The notes: a model not told the origin generated them from the letters alone. Shown: positions 36,746-47,518, numbered from the stretch's first letter. The stretch: DNA of 60,065 nt from a virus (IMGVR_UViG_3300025120_000052:1-60065), one strand, 5' to 3'. Translations and numbers: made by a program.

Positions 36746-36907
36746 ATGGAATTTCTAGTACAAAATTGGGCAAGTCTCGCCCTCGCCTTGATTACTGCAG
36801 CAGGAACTGTGACTGCTTTGACTGAAACAGAGAAAGACGACAAAGTCGTTAATGTTCTGAAGCGAATCCTACAGGCCGTAGTTCTCGGTAAAAACCGTAG
36901 GAAGTAA
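36746..36907 (+). CDS. Small membrane protein, putative holin (53 aa, MEFLVQNW...)
   Basis: Hand-translated; hydrophobic N-half, T.T.KDD motif, basic tail. Confidence 0.65.
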   Translation: MEFLVQNWASLALALITAAGTVTALTETEKDDKVVNVLKRILQAVVLGKNRRK

Positions 36908-36947
36908 AGTTGTATCTTTGTCTTAAATCCAATCTAATTTTATTCAA

Positions 36948-37211
36948 ATGGCTAAGAAAAAAACCCTAGTTCCCAAGGAACTTACCACTGAAGAACTTAC
37001 TAATCTTCAGTCAACTTTGTCTGCGTTTAACCAAGCCAAGATGCAAGTAGCTGACGCTACTCTTGCTCAACAAAACGCAGTAAATTCTATGGTAAGCATG
37101 AAAGAAGGCTTTGTAGGAATGGAGCAACAGTTGGTTGAGAAGTATGGTAAGGACGTTAGTGTAAATGTTCAAACGGGAGCACTAACGTATAAAGAAGATG
37201 GCAAGGATTAG
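36948..37211 (+). CDS. Hypothetical coiled-coil protein
   Basis: 87-aa ORF after a promoter. Confidence 0.75.
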   Translation: MAKKKTLVPKELTTEELTNLQSTLSAFNQAKMQVADATLAQQNAVNSMVSMKEGFVGMEQQLVEKYGKDVSVNVQTGALTYKEDGKD

Positions 37212-37755
37212 TACCTATCCAATTGACAGTAGCGTCAATGTAAATGATTTTGTTATTGGAACCGATAGCGAGGATTCCAACATTACAAAAAACTACACGA
37301 TTGCAAGCATTATTTCTCTTGCACCGGGTACTGTCTACATTAATGCGGCTGACGTCACAGGTACTTTCCAAACTGTCTTTGCAAACATTACAGATTTCGT
37401 TTCTTTAAATAGTGTTCTTGCTTCTCAATTAGCAAGTGGTTGGTCGGTTGGAAGTAGCCCCAATCAAAACAGAGTTGTGTATACCAACGCAACTACTAGG
37501 GTCTGTAATCTTACTTTTACTGTAAACATTACAGGTACAAACGGAGACGATATTGTTTTTTCCTTGTTTAAGAACGGGGCAAAAATAGCAGGCACTGAGC
37601 AGACGGTAGAAATTCCTGCGTTGACAGCAGCTTTGACTATGCAAGCATTGGTTAGTATGGCTACTAATGATTACATAGAAGTCAAGGTGAAGAACATTAC
37701 GGCTACCAATAACGTTACCACAACTCATTTGAATGTTGTGGCTCAGAGTCTATGA
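37198..37755 (+). CDS. Structural protein with C1q/TNF-like C-terminal domain
   Basis: MARISTYP N-terminus; L.KNG..I...L.TNDYIEV.V.N pattern. Confidence 0.6.
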   Translation: MARISTYPIDSSVNVNDFVIGTDSEDSNITKNYTIASIISLAPGTVYINAADVTGTFQTVFANITDFVSLNSVLASQLASGWSVGSSPNQNRVVYTNATTRVCNLTFTVNITGTNGDDIVFSLFKNGAKIAGTEQTVEIPALTAALTMQALVSMATNDYIEVKVKNITATNNVTTTHLNVVAQSL

Positions 37756-37985
37756 ATCGAGACATTAGGAAAATATCTATTGGCCCTGATTACAAAGGAG
37801 GGGCTATGCACTACATCGTAGGGCAAGATGTTCTTAATGGTTCCTACAAGATTCATCACATTCGTCATGAAGTAGACTCTAACTCTATCCTGATTTGGAT
37901 TGAGAAAGATGATTCTATTGTTCTTTGGAAAGAGTTTAAGCAGACTATGCCTATCTCTGTCGAGTACAACATCAACCTTAAATAG
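37752..37985 (+). CDS. Hypothetical protein
   Basis: 77-aa ORF, coupled on both sides. Confidence 0.75.
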   Translation: MNRDIRKISIGPDYKGGAMHYIVGQDVLNGSYKIHHIRHEVDSNSILIWIEKDDSIVLWKEFKQTMPISVEYNINLK

Positions 37986-38554
37986 TGCGCTCACCATTTA
38001 ATTTTATAGTCCAACCTCATCGAGGTGGGCGATACCGTAATACCAAAAAGGTAGGAGGCATTGACCTCATTGTTAGCAGTTCTGAAGAAGACGCTTCAGC
38101 GTCGAACAGAGAGGCTACGGTATTAGAGTTGCCATTAGATTACAAAGGGCCGATTCAAAAGGGAGATGTGCTGCTTGTTCATCATAACGTGTTCAAGTTT
38201 TACAATGACATCAAGGGTCGTAGAAAAAGTGGCAAGAGTTTTTTCCGAGATGATTGGTTCTTTGTTGATGCCGACCAATTCTTTTTGTATCAAAGAGACG
38301 GTAAATGGAATGCATATGACCGATACTGTTTTGTAGAACCTATCGAGGCAGAAAAATCTTTGCTTGATAAAGGAGAAAAGAATGAGCCTTTAATGGGAAT
38401 CATGCGCTATCCTAATGAGTATCTAAAATCTCAAGGAGTCGAGACGGGAACAAAGGTTTCGTTTACTCCTTACTCAGAGTACGAGTTTGATGTTGATGGA
38501 GATACGCTGTACAGAATTTATGACCATCAAATAACACTAGCTGATGGAATCTAA
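37985..38554 (+). CDS. Divergent GroES-like protein (two GroES-like halves)
   Basis: N.IV.P..KKVGGI.L...A.V...P....IQKGD.LLV and a second FV.PI...G.....G..V.F half; GTG start. Confidence 0.5.
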   Translation: MRSPFNFIVQPHRGGRYRNTKKVGGIDLIVSSSEEDASASNREATVLELPLDYKGPIQKGDVLLVHHNVFKFYNDIKGRRKSGKSFFRDDWFFVDADQFFLYQRDGKWNAYDRYCFVEPIEAEKSLLDKGEKNEPLMGIMRYPNEYLKSQGVETGTKVSFTPYSEYEFDVDGDTLYRIYDHQITLADGI

Positions 38555-38828
38555 AGAACTAAAAACAAAGATTATTGCAGCGGGAAAGCGGGCTGTAGAG
38601 CAATTAATTAAGGTTGCTCAAGAAGACATCATTAAGCCTGACCCTGAAGATGAGTTGGCTGCTGATAGGCTAAAGAATGCTGCTGCAACCAAGAAGCTAT
38701 GCATCTTTGATGCGTTTGACATTTTGTCTAAAATTGAGGTAGAACAAGAAAACCTTAACTTAGCAGAGACTAACACTAGTCGAACAGAGAGCAAGCAAGG
38801 CTTTGCAGAACAAAGAGCAAAAAAATAA
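38544..38828 (+). CDS. Putative terminase small subunit
   Basis: Small helical protein immediately upstream of TerL (positional only). Confidence 0.45.
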   Translation: MESKELKTKIIAAGKRAVEQLIKVAQEDIIKPDPEDELAADRLKNAAATKKLCIFDAFDILSKIEVEQENLNLAETNTSRTESKQGFAEQRAKK

Positions 38829-41049
38829 TCTCTACACTACAGTAGAAAAACTAGTTCCCTCAAACGTTCTATCTAATAAAAATAGAGCAAAGGCATGGGG
38901 ATATGGGTACCATGCTAAATATGATTTAGTAGTCATATCGCGCACAGGTCAAGTGGGTGAGATTATTAATATCTCAGGATTAAACATTGGCCTTCCTCCT
39001 TCTGATGTGAGAGTTCAAACTCCCACTGATAAATCAAAGCAGTATTGGGTTAGAGAAGAACTCCCCAAACCTTTGTCTAGGGTTCACTCTATTTTTGCAT
39101 GGAACGACATGCCCTCTTCGTTTAAAAATGAATGGGTCGATTACATCGAAGAGGAATTCAACCGAAGGGAGGAGGGTTTTTGGTTCATGAACAAAGGTGT
39201 GCCTACGTATCTTACGGGAGCACACTACATGTACCTACAGTGGTCTACTATTGACGTTGGCTATCCCGACTTCAGAGAGGCTAATCGAATCTTCTTTATT
39301 TTTTGGGAAGCATGCAAGGCGGATGATAGGTGTTTTGGGATGACCTATCTTAAGATTAGGCGTTCAGGCTTTTCGTTCATGGGGTCATCGGAATGTGTAA
39401 ATACAGGAACACTAGCAAAAGATTCACGGGTAGGAATTTTATCTAAGACAGGTTCTGATGCTAAGAAGATGTTTACCGATAAGGTTGTTCCTATTGCAAA
39501 CCGACTACCCTTTTTCTTTAAGCCCATACAAGATGGTATGGACAAGCCAAAAACGGAATTAGCCTTCCGTGTTCCTGCTTCTAAGATTACAAAAAAGAAC
39601 ATGCATACTTCTGTGGCGGAAGAAATGCATGGTCTTGACACTACGATTGATTGGAAGAACACTGACGACAACTCTTACGATGGTGAGAAACTATTGTTGC
39701 TTGTTCATGACGAAAGCGGTAAGTGGATTAAGCCCAACAACATTCTCAACAATTGGCGAGTAACTAAAACCTGCCTCAGGTTGGGAAGCCGCATTATTGG
39801 TAAGTGCCTTATGGGTTCTACATCTAATGCCTTAAGCAAAGGAGGTGGCAACTTTAAAAAGCTGTACGAAGATTCAGATATTTCTGAGCGCAATGGTAAT
39901 GGTCAAACACGGAGTGGCATGTACTCTTTGTTTATTCCAATGGAGTACAACATGGAGGGGTTTATTGACCGCTTCGGACACCCTGTTGTAAACAAGCCTT
40001 CTAAGGCTGTATTAGGTATCGACAATCGTCCCATTAATTCAGGTGCTCTTACGTATTGGGAGGCCGAAGTAGAGTCGCTTAAAAACGACCCTGACGCTCT
40101 CAATGAATTTTACCGTCAGTTTCCTAGAACTGAGTCTCACGCCTTTAGAGACGAAAGCAAGTCTACCTTGTTTAACCTTACTAAGATTTATCAGCAGTTA
40201 GATTATGCAGAGTCTTTAATTAAGGAGCAGTATGTTACAAGAGGTTCCTTTGGTTGGCAGGATGGAAAGAAAGATACCAAGGTAGTTTTCTATCCCGATA
40301 GCCGAGGAAGGTTTAGAGTTTCGTGGACTCCCCCTGCAGGATTGCAAAACTCTATTATAGAAAGAGGCGGTAACAAACGCCCCGGAAATGAACACATTGG
40401 TGCATTTGGGTGCGACTCTTATGACATATCAGGAGTCGTAGGCGGTGGAGGCTCTAACGGTGCGCTTCACGGCATGACCAAGTATCACATGGATGAGGCT
40501 CCTACTAATGAGTTTTTTCTTGAGTATGTGGCTAGACCTCAAACAGCAGAGATATTTTTTGAAGAGGTATTAATGGCCTGCGTTTTTTACGGTATGCCTA
40601 TTCTCATTGAGAACAACAAGCCTAGGTTGCTTTACCATTTTAAAAACCGAGGGTATAGAGGGTTTTGTTTAAACCGTCCTGACAAACCCTACAATAAACT
40701 GTCTAAGACTGAGCGAGAGTTGGGAGGTATTCCAAACTCATCTGAGGATGTTAAACAAGCGCACGCATCTGCTATTGAATCTTACATTGAGAAATACGTA
40801 GGGCTTGATTTAGAGGGTCAATTTAGAGACTCCGACGAAATGGGGACTATGCCTTTCGTTAGAACGCTAGAAGATTGGGCGAAGTTTGACATCAGCAATA
40901 GAACTGCTTACGATGCTACCATTAGTTCGGGCCTTGCTATAATGGCAAACCAAAAGCACTTGTACACCCCTGAACAAAAGCAGAAAAAAATAAGCCTTAC
41001 CTTCGCTCAGTATAGAAATAGTGGAACGATAAGCGAAATAATTAGATGA
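38803..41049 (+). CDS. terL: Terminase large subunit
   Basis: K.RR.GFS Walker A variant, LLVHDESGK Walker B, ST motif, G.D.YD nuclease, IENN; start uncertain. Confidence 0.9.
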   Translation: MQNKEQKNNLYTTVEKLVPSNVLSNKNRAKAWGYGYHAKYDLVVISRTGQVGEIINISGLNIGLPPSDVRVQTPTDKSKQYWVREELPKPLSRVHSIFAWNDMPSSFKNEWVDYIEEEFNRREEGFWFMNKGVPTYLTGAHYMYLQWSTIDVGYPDFREANRIFFIFWEACKADDRCFGMTYLKIRRSGFSFMGSSECVNTGTLAKDSRVGILSKTGSDAKKMFTDKVVPIANRLPFFFKPIQDGMDKPKTELAFRVPASKITKKNMHTSVAEEMHGLDTTIDWKNTDDNSYDGEKLLLLVHDESGKWIKPNNILNNWRVTKTCLRLGSRIIGKCLMGSTSNALSKGGGNFKKLYEDSDISERNGNGQTRSGMYSLFIPMEYNMEGFIDRFGHPVVNKPSKAVLGIDNRPINSGALTYWEAEVESLKNDPDALNEFYRQFPRTESHAFRDESKSTLFNLTKIYQQLDYAESLIKEQYVTRGSFGWQDGKKDTKVVFYPDSRGRFRVSWTPPAGLQNSIIERGGNKRPGNEHIGAFGCDSYDISGVVGGGGSNGALHGMTKYHMDEAPTNEFFLEYVARPQTAEIFFEEVLMACVFYGMPILIENNKPRLLYHFKNRGYRGFCLNRPDKPYNKLSKTERELGGIPNSSEDVKQAHASAIESYIEKYVGLDLEGQFRDSDEMGTMPFVRTLEDWAKFDISNRTAYDATISSGLAIMANQKHLYTPEQKQKKISLTFAQYRNSGTISEIIR

Positions 41050-43481
41050 AAAATGTGAAAGTCAACATATCATCTGCAGGCTTTCCAAGCCAATTTGTAT
41101 CTGATGCTGAGAAAGCAACAGACGAATTTGGATTACAAATTGGTCAGGCCATTCAATATGAGTGGTTTAAAAAAGACAGTAATCAATGTAGGTTTTATAG
41201 CCAAGCCCGCGAGTTTAATCGTCTACGTCTATACGCTCGTGGTGAACAGTCTATTGCCAAATACAAAAACGAATTAGCCATTGACGGTGATTTGTCTTAT
41301 CTAAATCTTGATTGGACTCCCGTACCTATCCTTCCAAAATTTGTAGACATTGTCGTTAACGGCATGTCAGAACGTTTGTTTAAAGTAAATGCTTACGCTC
41401 AAGATGCTCTTTCGCAATCTAAAAGAAGTAAGTATCAAAACATTATCGAAGGTCAAATGGCTGCAAAGCCTGTGCTTGAAATCATTCAAGAGAAGACAGG
41501 TGTAGACCCATTTATTATGCCTCCTGATGAGTTGCCTAACTCTGACGAAGAACTGCAGCTTTACATGCAGCTTAACTATAAGCCTGCTATTGAGATTGCA
41601 GAAGAAGAGGCTATCAATACTTTGTTTGACGAGAACCACTACAATGACATTCGTCGTCGTTTAGACTATGACTTGATGGTTCTCGGTATTTCTGTAGCTA
41701 AGCACGAGTTTCTTCCGGGAACAGGGGTTGCTATTAACTATGTAGACCCTGCTAATGTGGTTTACAGTTACACAGAAGACCCCCATTTTAAGGATTGTTT
41801 CTATTGGGGTGAGATTAAAACAGTTCCTATTACTGAACTGCTAAAGATTGACCCTACTCTTACGAAGGAAGATTTAGAAGAAATCTCTAAGTATGGTCAA
41901 AGTTGGTACGACTACTACAACGTGGCTCAGTACTACGACAATGATATTTTTTATCGGGACACCACCACCCTGATGTACTTCAATTACAAGACAACTAAAA
42001 AGATTGTCTACAAAAAGAAGAAGCTAGATAACGGTGGGTCTCGGATGATTGAGAAAGACGACCAATTCAATCCTCCTGTAGAAATGCAGGAAGAGGGGAA
42101 CTTTGAGAAGGTAGAGAAGACCATTGATGTATGGTATGACGGTGTGATGGTTATGGGAACTAACATCATTCTTAAGTGGGAGGCAGCCGAAAATATGGTT
42201 CGGCCTAAGTCTGCCTCTCAGTATGCTATTCCAAATTACGTAGCCACAGCCCCTCGTATGTACAAGGGAAACATTGAGTCTTTGGTAAGGCGAATGATTC
42301 CATTTGCTGACTTGATTCAAATGACACACTTGAAATTGCAACAGGTAATTTCTCGTACTGTTCCTGATGGAGTGTACATTGATGCAGATGGATTGAATGA
42401 AGTAGACCTTGGCACCGGAAACTCTTACAATCCTGAAGATGCTTTGCGTCTTTACTTCCAAACAGGTTCTGTCGTAGGAAGAAGCTATACTCAAGACGGG
42501 GAATACAATCAAGGTAAAGTTCCTATCTCTCAGCTTACTGCAAGTTCGGGCGCGGGTAAAGCGCAAATGCTTATCCAAAACATGAATCATTACATGCAAA
42601 TGATTCGTGATGTAACGGGATTAAACGAAGCACGCGATGGCTCAAAACCTGACCCCTACTCTTTGGTTGGTGTTCAGAAGTTGGCGGCTTTAAACTCTAA
42701 CACCGCTACTCGTCATATTCTTGACGCAAGCCTATACATGTATAGAAGCCTTGCGGAAGGATTGACATACAGGGTGTCTGACATTATTGAGTATGCCGAC
42801 TTCCGTGAAGAGTTTATTAATCAGATTGGCAAGTACAACGTCAGCATTCTAAATGACATTAATGACTTGTACATCTATGACTTTGGAATCTTTATTGAGA
42901 TAGCACCTGACGAAGAGCAGAAGGCTATGCTTGAGCAGAACATACAGATGGCACTGTCCAAAGGAGACATTAATCTTGAGGATGCCATTGACATCAGAGA
43001 GATTAGAAATCTAAAGTTGGCGAATCAACTTCTTAAAATGAAGAGGGTTAGTAAGCAAGAGCGAGAAGAGCAGCAGCAAATGCAGCAGCAAGCGATGCAA
43101 TCTCAGCAGGCTTTAAAGGCTCAAGAGATGAAATCTCAAATGGAAATGCAAAAGCAGCAAAGCGACTTGCAAGGAAAGATGCAGCTAAAGCAAGCCGAAA
43201 TTGCTTTTGAGATTGAGAAGATGAACAATGAGGCAAGGCTCAAGGCTCAATTAATGGAGACTGAGTTTAACTATCAGATGCAGTTGCGTGATATGTCTGA
43301 GCAGCAGCTACAAGACAGAGAGACTCAACGTGAAGGTGCGAAGTCCGAAAGGATTAGTCAGCAGAATACACAGCAGTCTAAACTCATCAATCAACGAAAG
43401 AACAATCTTCCCCCTCAGACTTTTGAGTCTAACGAAGACAGTCTAGATGGTTTTGACCTTGCTGAGTTTGACCCTAGGTAG
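41046..43481 (+). CDS. Portal protein
   Basis: 811 aa after TerL; PILPKFVDIVVNG, IRDVTGLNEARDG; Gln-rich C-terminal barrel coil typical of podovirus portals. Confidence 0.85.
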   Translation: MKNVKVNISSAGFPSQFVSDAEKATDEFGLQIGQAIQYEWFKKDSNQCRFYSQAREFNRLRLYARGEQSIAKYKNELAIDGDLSYLNLDWTPVPILPKFVDIVVNGMSERLFKVNAYAQDALSQSKRSKYQNIIEGQMAAKPVLEIIQEKTGVDPFIMPPDELPNSDEELQLYMQLNYKPAIEIAEEEAINTLFDENHYNDIRRRLDYDLMVLGISVAKHEFLPGTGVAINYVDPANVVYSYTEDPHFKDCFYWGEIKTVPITELLKIDPTLTKEDLEEISKYGQSWYDYYNVAQYYDNDIFYRDTTTLMYFNYKTTKKIVYKKKKLDNGGSRMIEKDDQFNPPVEMQEEGNFEKVEKTIDVWYDGVMVMGTNIILKWEAAENMVRPKSASQYAIPNYVATAPRMYKGNIESLVRRMIPFADLIQMTHLKLQQVISRTVPDGVYIDADGLNEVDLGTGNSYNPEDALRLYFQTGSVVGRSYTQDGEYNQGKVPISQLTASSGAGKAQMLIQNMNHYMQMIRDVTGLNEARDGSKPDPYSLVGVQKLAALNSNTATRHILDASLYMYRSLAEGLTYRVSDIIEYADFREEFINQIGKYNVSILNDINDLYIYDFGIFIEIAPDEEQKAMLEQNIQMALSKGDINLEDAIDIREIRNLKLANQLLKMKRVSKQEREEQQQMQQQAMQSQQALKAQEMKSQMEMQKQQSDLQGKMQLKQAEIAFEIEKMNNEARLKAQLMETEFNYQMQLRDMSEQQLQDRETQREGAKSERISQQNTQQSKLINQRKNNLPPQTFESNEDSLDGFDLAEFDPR

Positions 43482-43530
43482 GTCTAACTCTATAATATTT
43501 TTAGTGTAACTTTGAATCAAATCTTATTAA

Positions 43531-44631
43531 ATGGAAATGAAAGTACGTCTTGTCGAATCTGAGGGTACCAAATCGGTAGCTGAAGTCGAAGAAACTCTGC
43601 TTGCAAAGCATGAGGAACAAATGAATGAATCCACTGTAGATGAGTCATCTGCGGTAGAAGAAAATGTTGTTGAAGACTCACCCGTGGTAGAAGAGAAATC
43701 TCCTATTGAAGAGGGTGAACTTTTGTCTATGATTAGTGAACGGTTAGGCAGAGAGATTAATTCTCTTGATGACCTTCAACAGGCCCGTGAATCATCCGGT
43801 GATATGGATGCTGAAATGTCTGCGTTCTTTAAGTACAAAAAAGAAACAGGTCGTGGTGTAGAAGACTTTGTTCGTTTAAACAGAGACTTTGAGGCTATGG
43901 ATGCTGACAATCTCATTAAGGAATACCTTACGGCAACGGAGGAAGGACTTGATGCAGAAGATATAAATGATATGATGCAAGACTTTGCATTTGATGAAGA
44001 CATCGACGACGAGTCTGACATCCGCAAAGTGAAACTAGCAAAGAAAAAAACTGTTGCTAAAGCGAAGCGATACTTCGATGAAGCTAAAGAAAAATACCGA
44101 ACTCCTCTTGAGTCAAGTGGGAGCGGTTCTTTAGAACAAGACGAAGGTTATGCTGAGTACAAGCAGTATGTTGCTGATGCGAAGACCGCTCAAGAAGAGC
44201 AAATGCGTAGGAAGACTTGGTTTGACGAAAAAACAAACGAAGTATTTGGCGATGAATTCAAAGGTTTTGAGTTCAACATTAACGACAAGCCCTACGTGTA
44301 TACTCCGGGAGAGAGGACAGAATTGAAGAAGCTACAGGAAACACCTATGAATTGGGTAAAACAATTTGTAGATGATGAGGGCTTAGTCAAGGATGCTGTG
44401 GGGTATCACAGGTCACTAGCAATAGCAATGAACCCTGAGAAGTTTGCCAAGTTCTTTTATGAGCAAGGGCAATCCGAAGCCGTGGATGATGTAATGCGTA
44501 AGACTAAGAACATTAATATGTCTGAGCGCACTGCACCGGAAGTTGGTACTAAGGGTGGCGTTCAAGTTCGTTCTGTAAATCCTGATTCAGGACGTGGCTT
44601 AAAAATTAGAAGTGCACGACGTACTTCTTGA
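43531..44631 (+). CDS. Putative scaffolding protein
   Basis: Highly acidic, helical, between portal and capsid genes. Confidence 0.65.
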   Translation: MEMKVRLVESEGTKSVAEVEETLLAKHEEQMNESTVDESSAVEENVVEDSPVVEEKSPIEEGELLSMISERLGREINSLDDLQQARESSGDMDAEMSAFFKYKKETGRGVEDFVRLNRDFEAMDADNLIKEYLTATEEGLDAEDINDMMQDFAFDEDIDDESDIRKVKLAKKKTVAKAKRYFDEAKEKYRTPLESSGSGSLEQDEGYAEYKQYVADAKTAQEEQMRRKTWFDEKTNEVFGDEFKGFEFNINDKPYVYTPGERTELKKLQETPMNWVKQFVDDEGLVKDAVGYHRSLAIAMNPEKFAKFFYEQGQSEAVDDVMRKTKNINMSERTAPEVGTKGGVQVRSVNPDSGRGLKIRSARRTS

Positions 44632-44655
44632 CTCATTTTTTAAAAAAAAACAATT

Positions 44656-46119
44656 ATGCCGGTAAAAGGAACCCCGACATTTGCGTTGCAACCGAGTGCA
44701 CAACAAGTGCCTCTTGCAAGCAATTACATTACTGACTTCAACTTTTTGAATCAGTACCTCCCCGATACTTACGAGAAGGAATTTGAGCGTTACGGAAATC
44801 GTACTCTCTCCTCTTTCATTCGAATGGTTGGCGCGGAGATGCCTTCTAACTCAGACCGCATCGAGTGGGCTGAACAAGGTCGTTTGCACATTAAGTACAA
44901 TGACTGTACTACTGCTGCGGCTGTAGGAGGTGCGGCTGTAGATAAGGCTACGTTTACAATCAATGACACCTTTAACCCTGCTCTTGCGGGTGGTGCTCAA
45001 TTGGCTATTCGTAAAGGACAGACTGTCTTCATCCAATCTAACGACGCTACGTCTACTCCTGATTCTATCAAGGGTATCGTAACAAAGTCAGGTACAGCAG
45101 ATGCATTGACTGCTAGTCAAATTGAAGTTGCTTTCTATACAGCAGCAGGTTTGGTTAACGCAGCAGCAGGTACGAAGTACACCATCTTTATCTATGGTTC
45201 TGAGTTCCGTAAAGGAACAGTTGGAATGGAAGGTTCATTGGAGTCTGACGACATCTTCTTCAATAACTCACCTATCATCATCAAAGACAAGTACGCAGTA
45301 TCAGGTTCTGATATGGCGCAAATTGGATGGGTAGAGGTGACTACTGAGAATGGTGCGAACGGATACCTGTGGTACTTGAAGTCTGAGCACGAAACACGTC
45401 TTCGTTTCGACGATTACTTGGAGACTGCAATGATTGAAGCCGTTCCTGCGGAAGCAGGTTCAGGTGCAGCTACAGCAGCCGACAACCCTACTATGGGTAA
45501 CAAAGGTTCTGAAGGTGTATTCTACGTTGTAAACAATCGAGGTAACGTTTGGACAGGAGGTAACCCTGTTGATTTGGCAGGATGGGATGCTATCATCAAG
45601 CGACTTGACAAGCAAGGTGCTATTGAAGAGAACGTCGTATTCGTAAATCGTAACTTCGGTTTTGCTATTGACGATATGTTGGCCGCTCAAAACTCTTACG
45701 GAGCGGGTGGTACTTCATATGGTTTGTTTGACAACGACGAAGAGATGGCGTTGAACCTCGGATTCACAGGATTCCGTCGTGGATACGACTTCTACAAGTC
45801 TGATTGGAAGTACTTGAACGACCCCACTATGCGTGGCGGATTGAACGAAGCTGCAGGCAGCGGAGCCATTGATGGTCTCTTGGTACCTGCAGGTTCTACT
45901 TCAGTGTATGACCAAATTCTCGGAAAGAACGCAAAGCGTCCATTCTTGCACGTACGCTACCGTGCCTCTGAAACTGAAGACCGTCGCTACAAGACGTGGA
46001 TTACAGGTTCTGCAGGTGGTGCAGCTACTAGCAGCCTTGATGCAATGGAAGTTCACTTCCTCTCTGAGCGTGCAGTTTGCACATTGGGAGCGAACAACTT
46101 CTTCTTGTTCGAGCAATAA
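44656..46119 (+). CDS. Major capsid protein
   Basis: 487 aa after the scaffold gene, biased codon use, followed by a strong terminator. Confidence 0.85.
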   Translation: MPVKGTPTFALQPSAQQVPLASNYITDFNFLNQYLPDTYEKEFERYGNRTLSSFIRMVGAEMPSNSDRIEWAEQGRLHIKYNDCTTAAAVGGAAVDKATFTINDTFNPALAGGAQLAIRKGQTVFIQSNDATSTPDSIKGIVTKSGTADALTASQIEVAFYTAAGLVNAAAGTKYTIFIYGSEFRKGTVGMEGSLESDDIFFNNSPIIIKDKYAVSGSDMAQIGWVEVTTENGANGYLWYLKSEHETRLRFDDYLETAMIEAVPAEAGSGAATAADNPTMGNKGSEGVFYVVNNRGNVWTGGNPVDLAGWDAIIKRLDKQGAIEENVVFVNRNFGFAIDDMLAAQNSYGAGGTSYGLFDNDEEMALNLGFTGFRRGYDFYKSDWKYLNDPTMRGGLNEAAGSGAIDGLLVPAGSTSVYDQILGKNAKRPFLHVRYRASETEDRRYKTWITGSAGGAATSSLDAMEVHFLSERAVCTLGANNFFLFEQ

Positions 46120-46134
46120 TCTGATGTTGGTAAT

Positions 46135-46170
46135 GGGGTGGGAGTTTAAACTCTCACCCCTTTACTTTTT
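46135..46170 (+). terminator. Intrinsic terminator built on the palindrome motif
   Basis: GGGGTGGGAG-TTTAAA-CTCTCACCCC followed by TTTACTTTTT. Confidence 0.85.
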
Positions 46171-46190
46171 TAAACTTTAATCCAATCCTT

Positions 46191-46943
46191 ATGAGTAAGA
46201 ACAAACCTGTTCTCAAAGACCGCAACTACAAACTAATGCGTGATGCGGCACCCCTCTCTACCTATGTTAGTTCAGGAGGAAATGCTAGAAAGCCAATGCT
46301 TCATTTTGATGAAGACAAAGGAGTAAATCGAGAACTTCGATACGCAGCAAACCAACGTTCTATTTGGGTAGATGAACAAGATGGTCAAGTAGTAGTAGAG
46401 CCAATCATTTTTCTTGATGGCATGCTCTCTGTTCCAAAAAATAACCCCACACTTCAGGAGTTTTTAAGCCTGCATCCATTGAACGGTAAAAAGTTTGAGG
46501 AGATTAATGTAGAGCGTGATGCTAAACAAGAGATGGAAAACCTCAACTACGAGGTTGACGCATTGATTGAATGTCGTGGGTTGGCTATTGAACAAGCCGA
46601 AAACGTTGCTCGTGTAATGTATGGCATCGACCCTACGTCAATTACTACATCGGAGTTGCGTAGAGACCTCTTAATTGCTGCTCGTCAAGACCCTCAGAGA
46701 TTTCTAGAGATAGTCAACGACCCTCAGCTTAAGCTGCAGTCTAACATTCAAAGATTTTTTGATAAAGGAGTGCTTTCGTTTCGACGAAATAAAACAGAGG
46801 TGTGGTACAATACCACCACCAACAAAAAGAAATTGCTCACAGTTCCATTTGGGGACGACCCATTGTCAACGTGTGAGTCATTCTTTATTACTGACGAGGG
46901 TGTTGAAGCCCTTACATACCTAGAATCTTTTTTAACCAATTAA
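46191..46943 (+). CDS. Hypothetical virion-module protein
   Basis: 250-aa ORF after the capsid gene. Confidence 0.75.
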   Translation: MSKNKPVLKDRNYKLMRDAAPLSTYVSSGGNARKPMLHFDEDKGVNRELRYAANQRSIWVDEQDGQVVVEPIIFLDGMLSVPKNNPTLQEFLSLHPLNGKKFEEINVERDAKQEMENLNYEVDALIECRGLAIEQAENVARVMYGIDPTSITTSELRRDLLIAARQDPQRFLEIVNDPQLKLQSNIQRFFDKGVLSFRRNKTEVWYNTTTNKKKLLTVPFGDDPLSTCESFFITDEGVEALTYLESFLTN

Positions 46944-46950
46944 ACCATAG

Positions 46951-47430
46951 ATGATGAGACTGTCTTTAATTTTGATTTGTGGGTTTTTGTTTTCGTCTTG
47001 CGGAGACTCTGACCTTAACGTAGGCTCTGACCCTGTTACTGTAACCTTGAAGGTTACCAATTCTACAGGTGCGGACATGAGGTGCCATAAAACCTTTGGT
47101 GTAGACAAACCTAATGTGTGGGTGGATATTGCTGCAGGTCAATCAGCAGATTTGACTTCTAATACTCACTCTTCGTCAGGAACTATTTTTACTTGCTATC
47201 CTGACCCTTCGGCTGTTATTGCAAAGCCTGACCCTGCTACGGGTAATTTCCAAATGTCGTATGGCTATTGGAACAATGCGATGCATGTAACTTGTGATAA
47301 CGACTGCAACAAGGGAAACCCTACTGCTAAGGTTCATTACACAGGAACTAATTGGCAGTACATTCTAAAGTGGGCTAACCCACAGGATGTAGTAAATAAC
47401 TCAGTTGATTTTACTGTTGCTCCACTGTAA
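46951..47430 (+). CDS. Putative lipoprotein
   Basis: Hydrophobic N-terminus and lipobox FSS-C followed by GDSD. Confidence 0.7.
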   Translation: MMRLSLILICGFLFSSCGDSDLNVGSDPVTVTLKVTNSTGADMRCHKTFGVDKPNVWVDIAAGQSADLTSNTHSSSGTIFTCYPDPSAVIAKPDPATGNFQMSYGYWNNAMHVTCDNDCNKGNPTAKVHYTGTNWQYILKWANPQDVVNNSVDFTVAPL

Positions 47431-47451
47431 TAGAGATTCTTACTGATAAAG

Positions 47452-47479
47452 AAAGGTCGCATTTTGCGGCTTTTTTTTT
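47452..47479 (+). terminator. Intrinsic terminator
   Basis: GGTCGC-ATTTT-GCGGCT followed by a T run. Confidence 0.8.
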
Positions 47480-47518
47480 GACCTTATCTTTGCTTTTGAA
47501 TCATCTAATTTTTAAACG

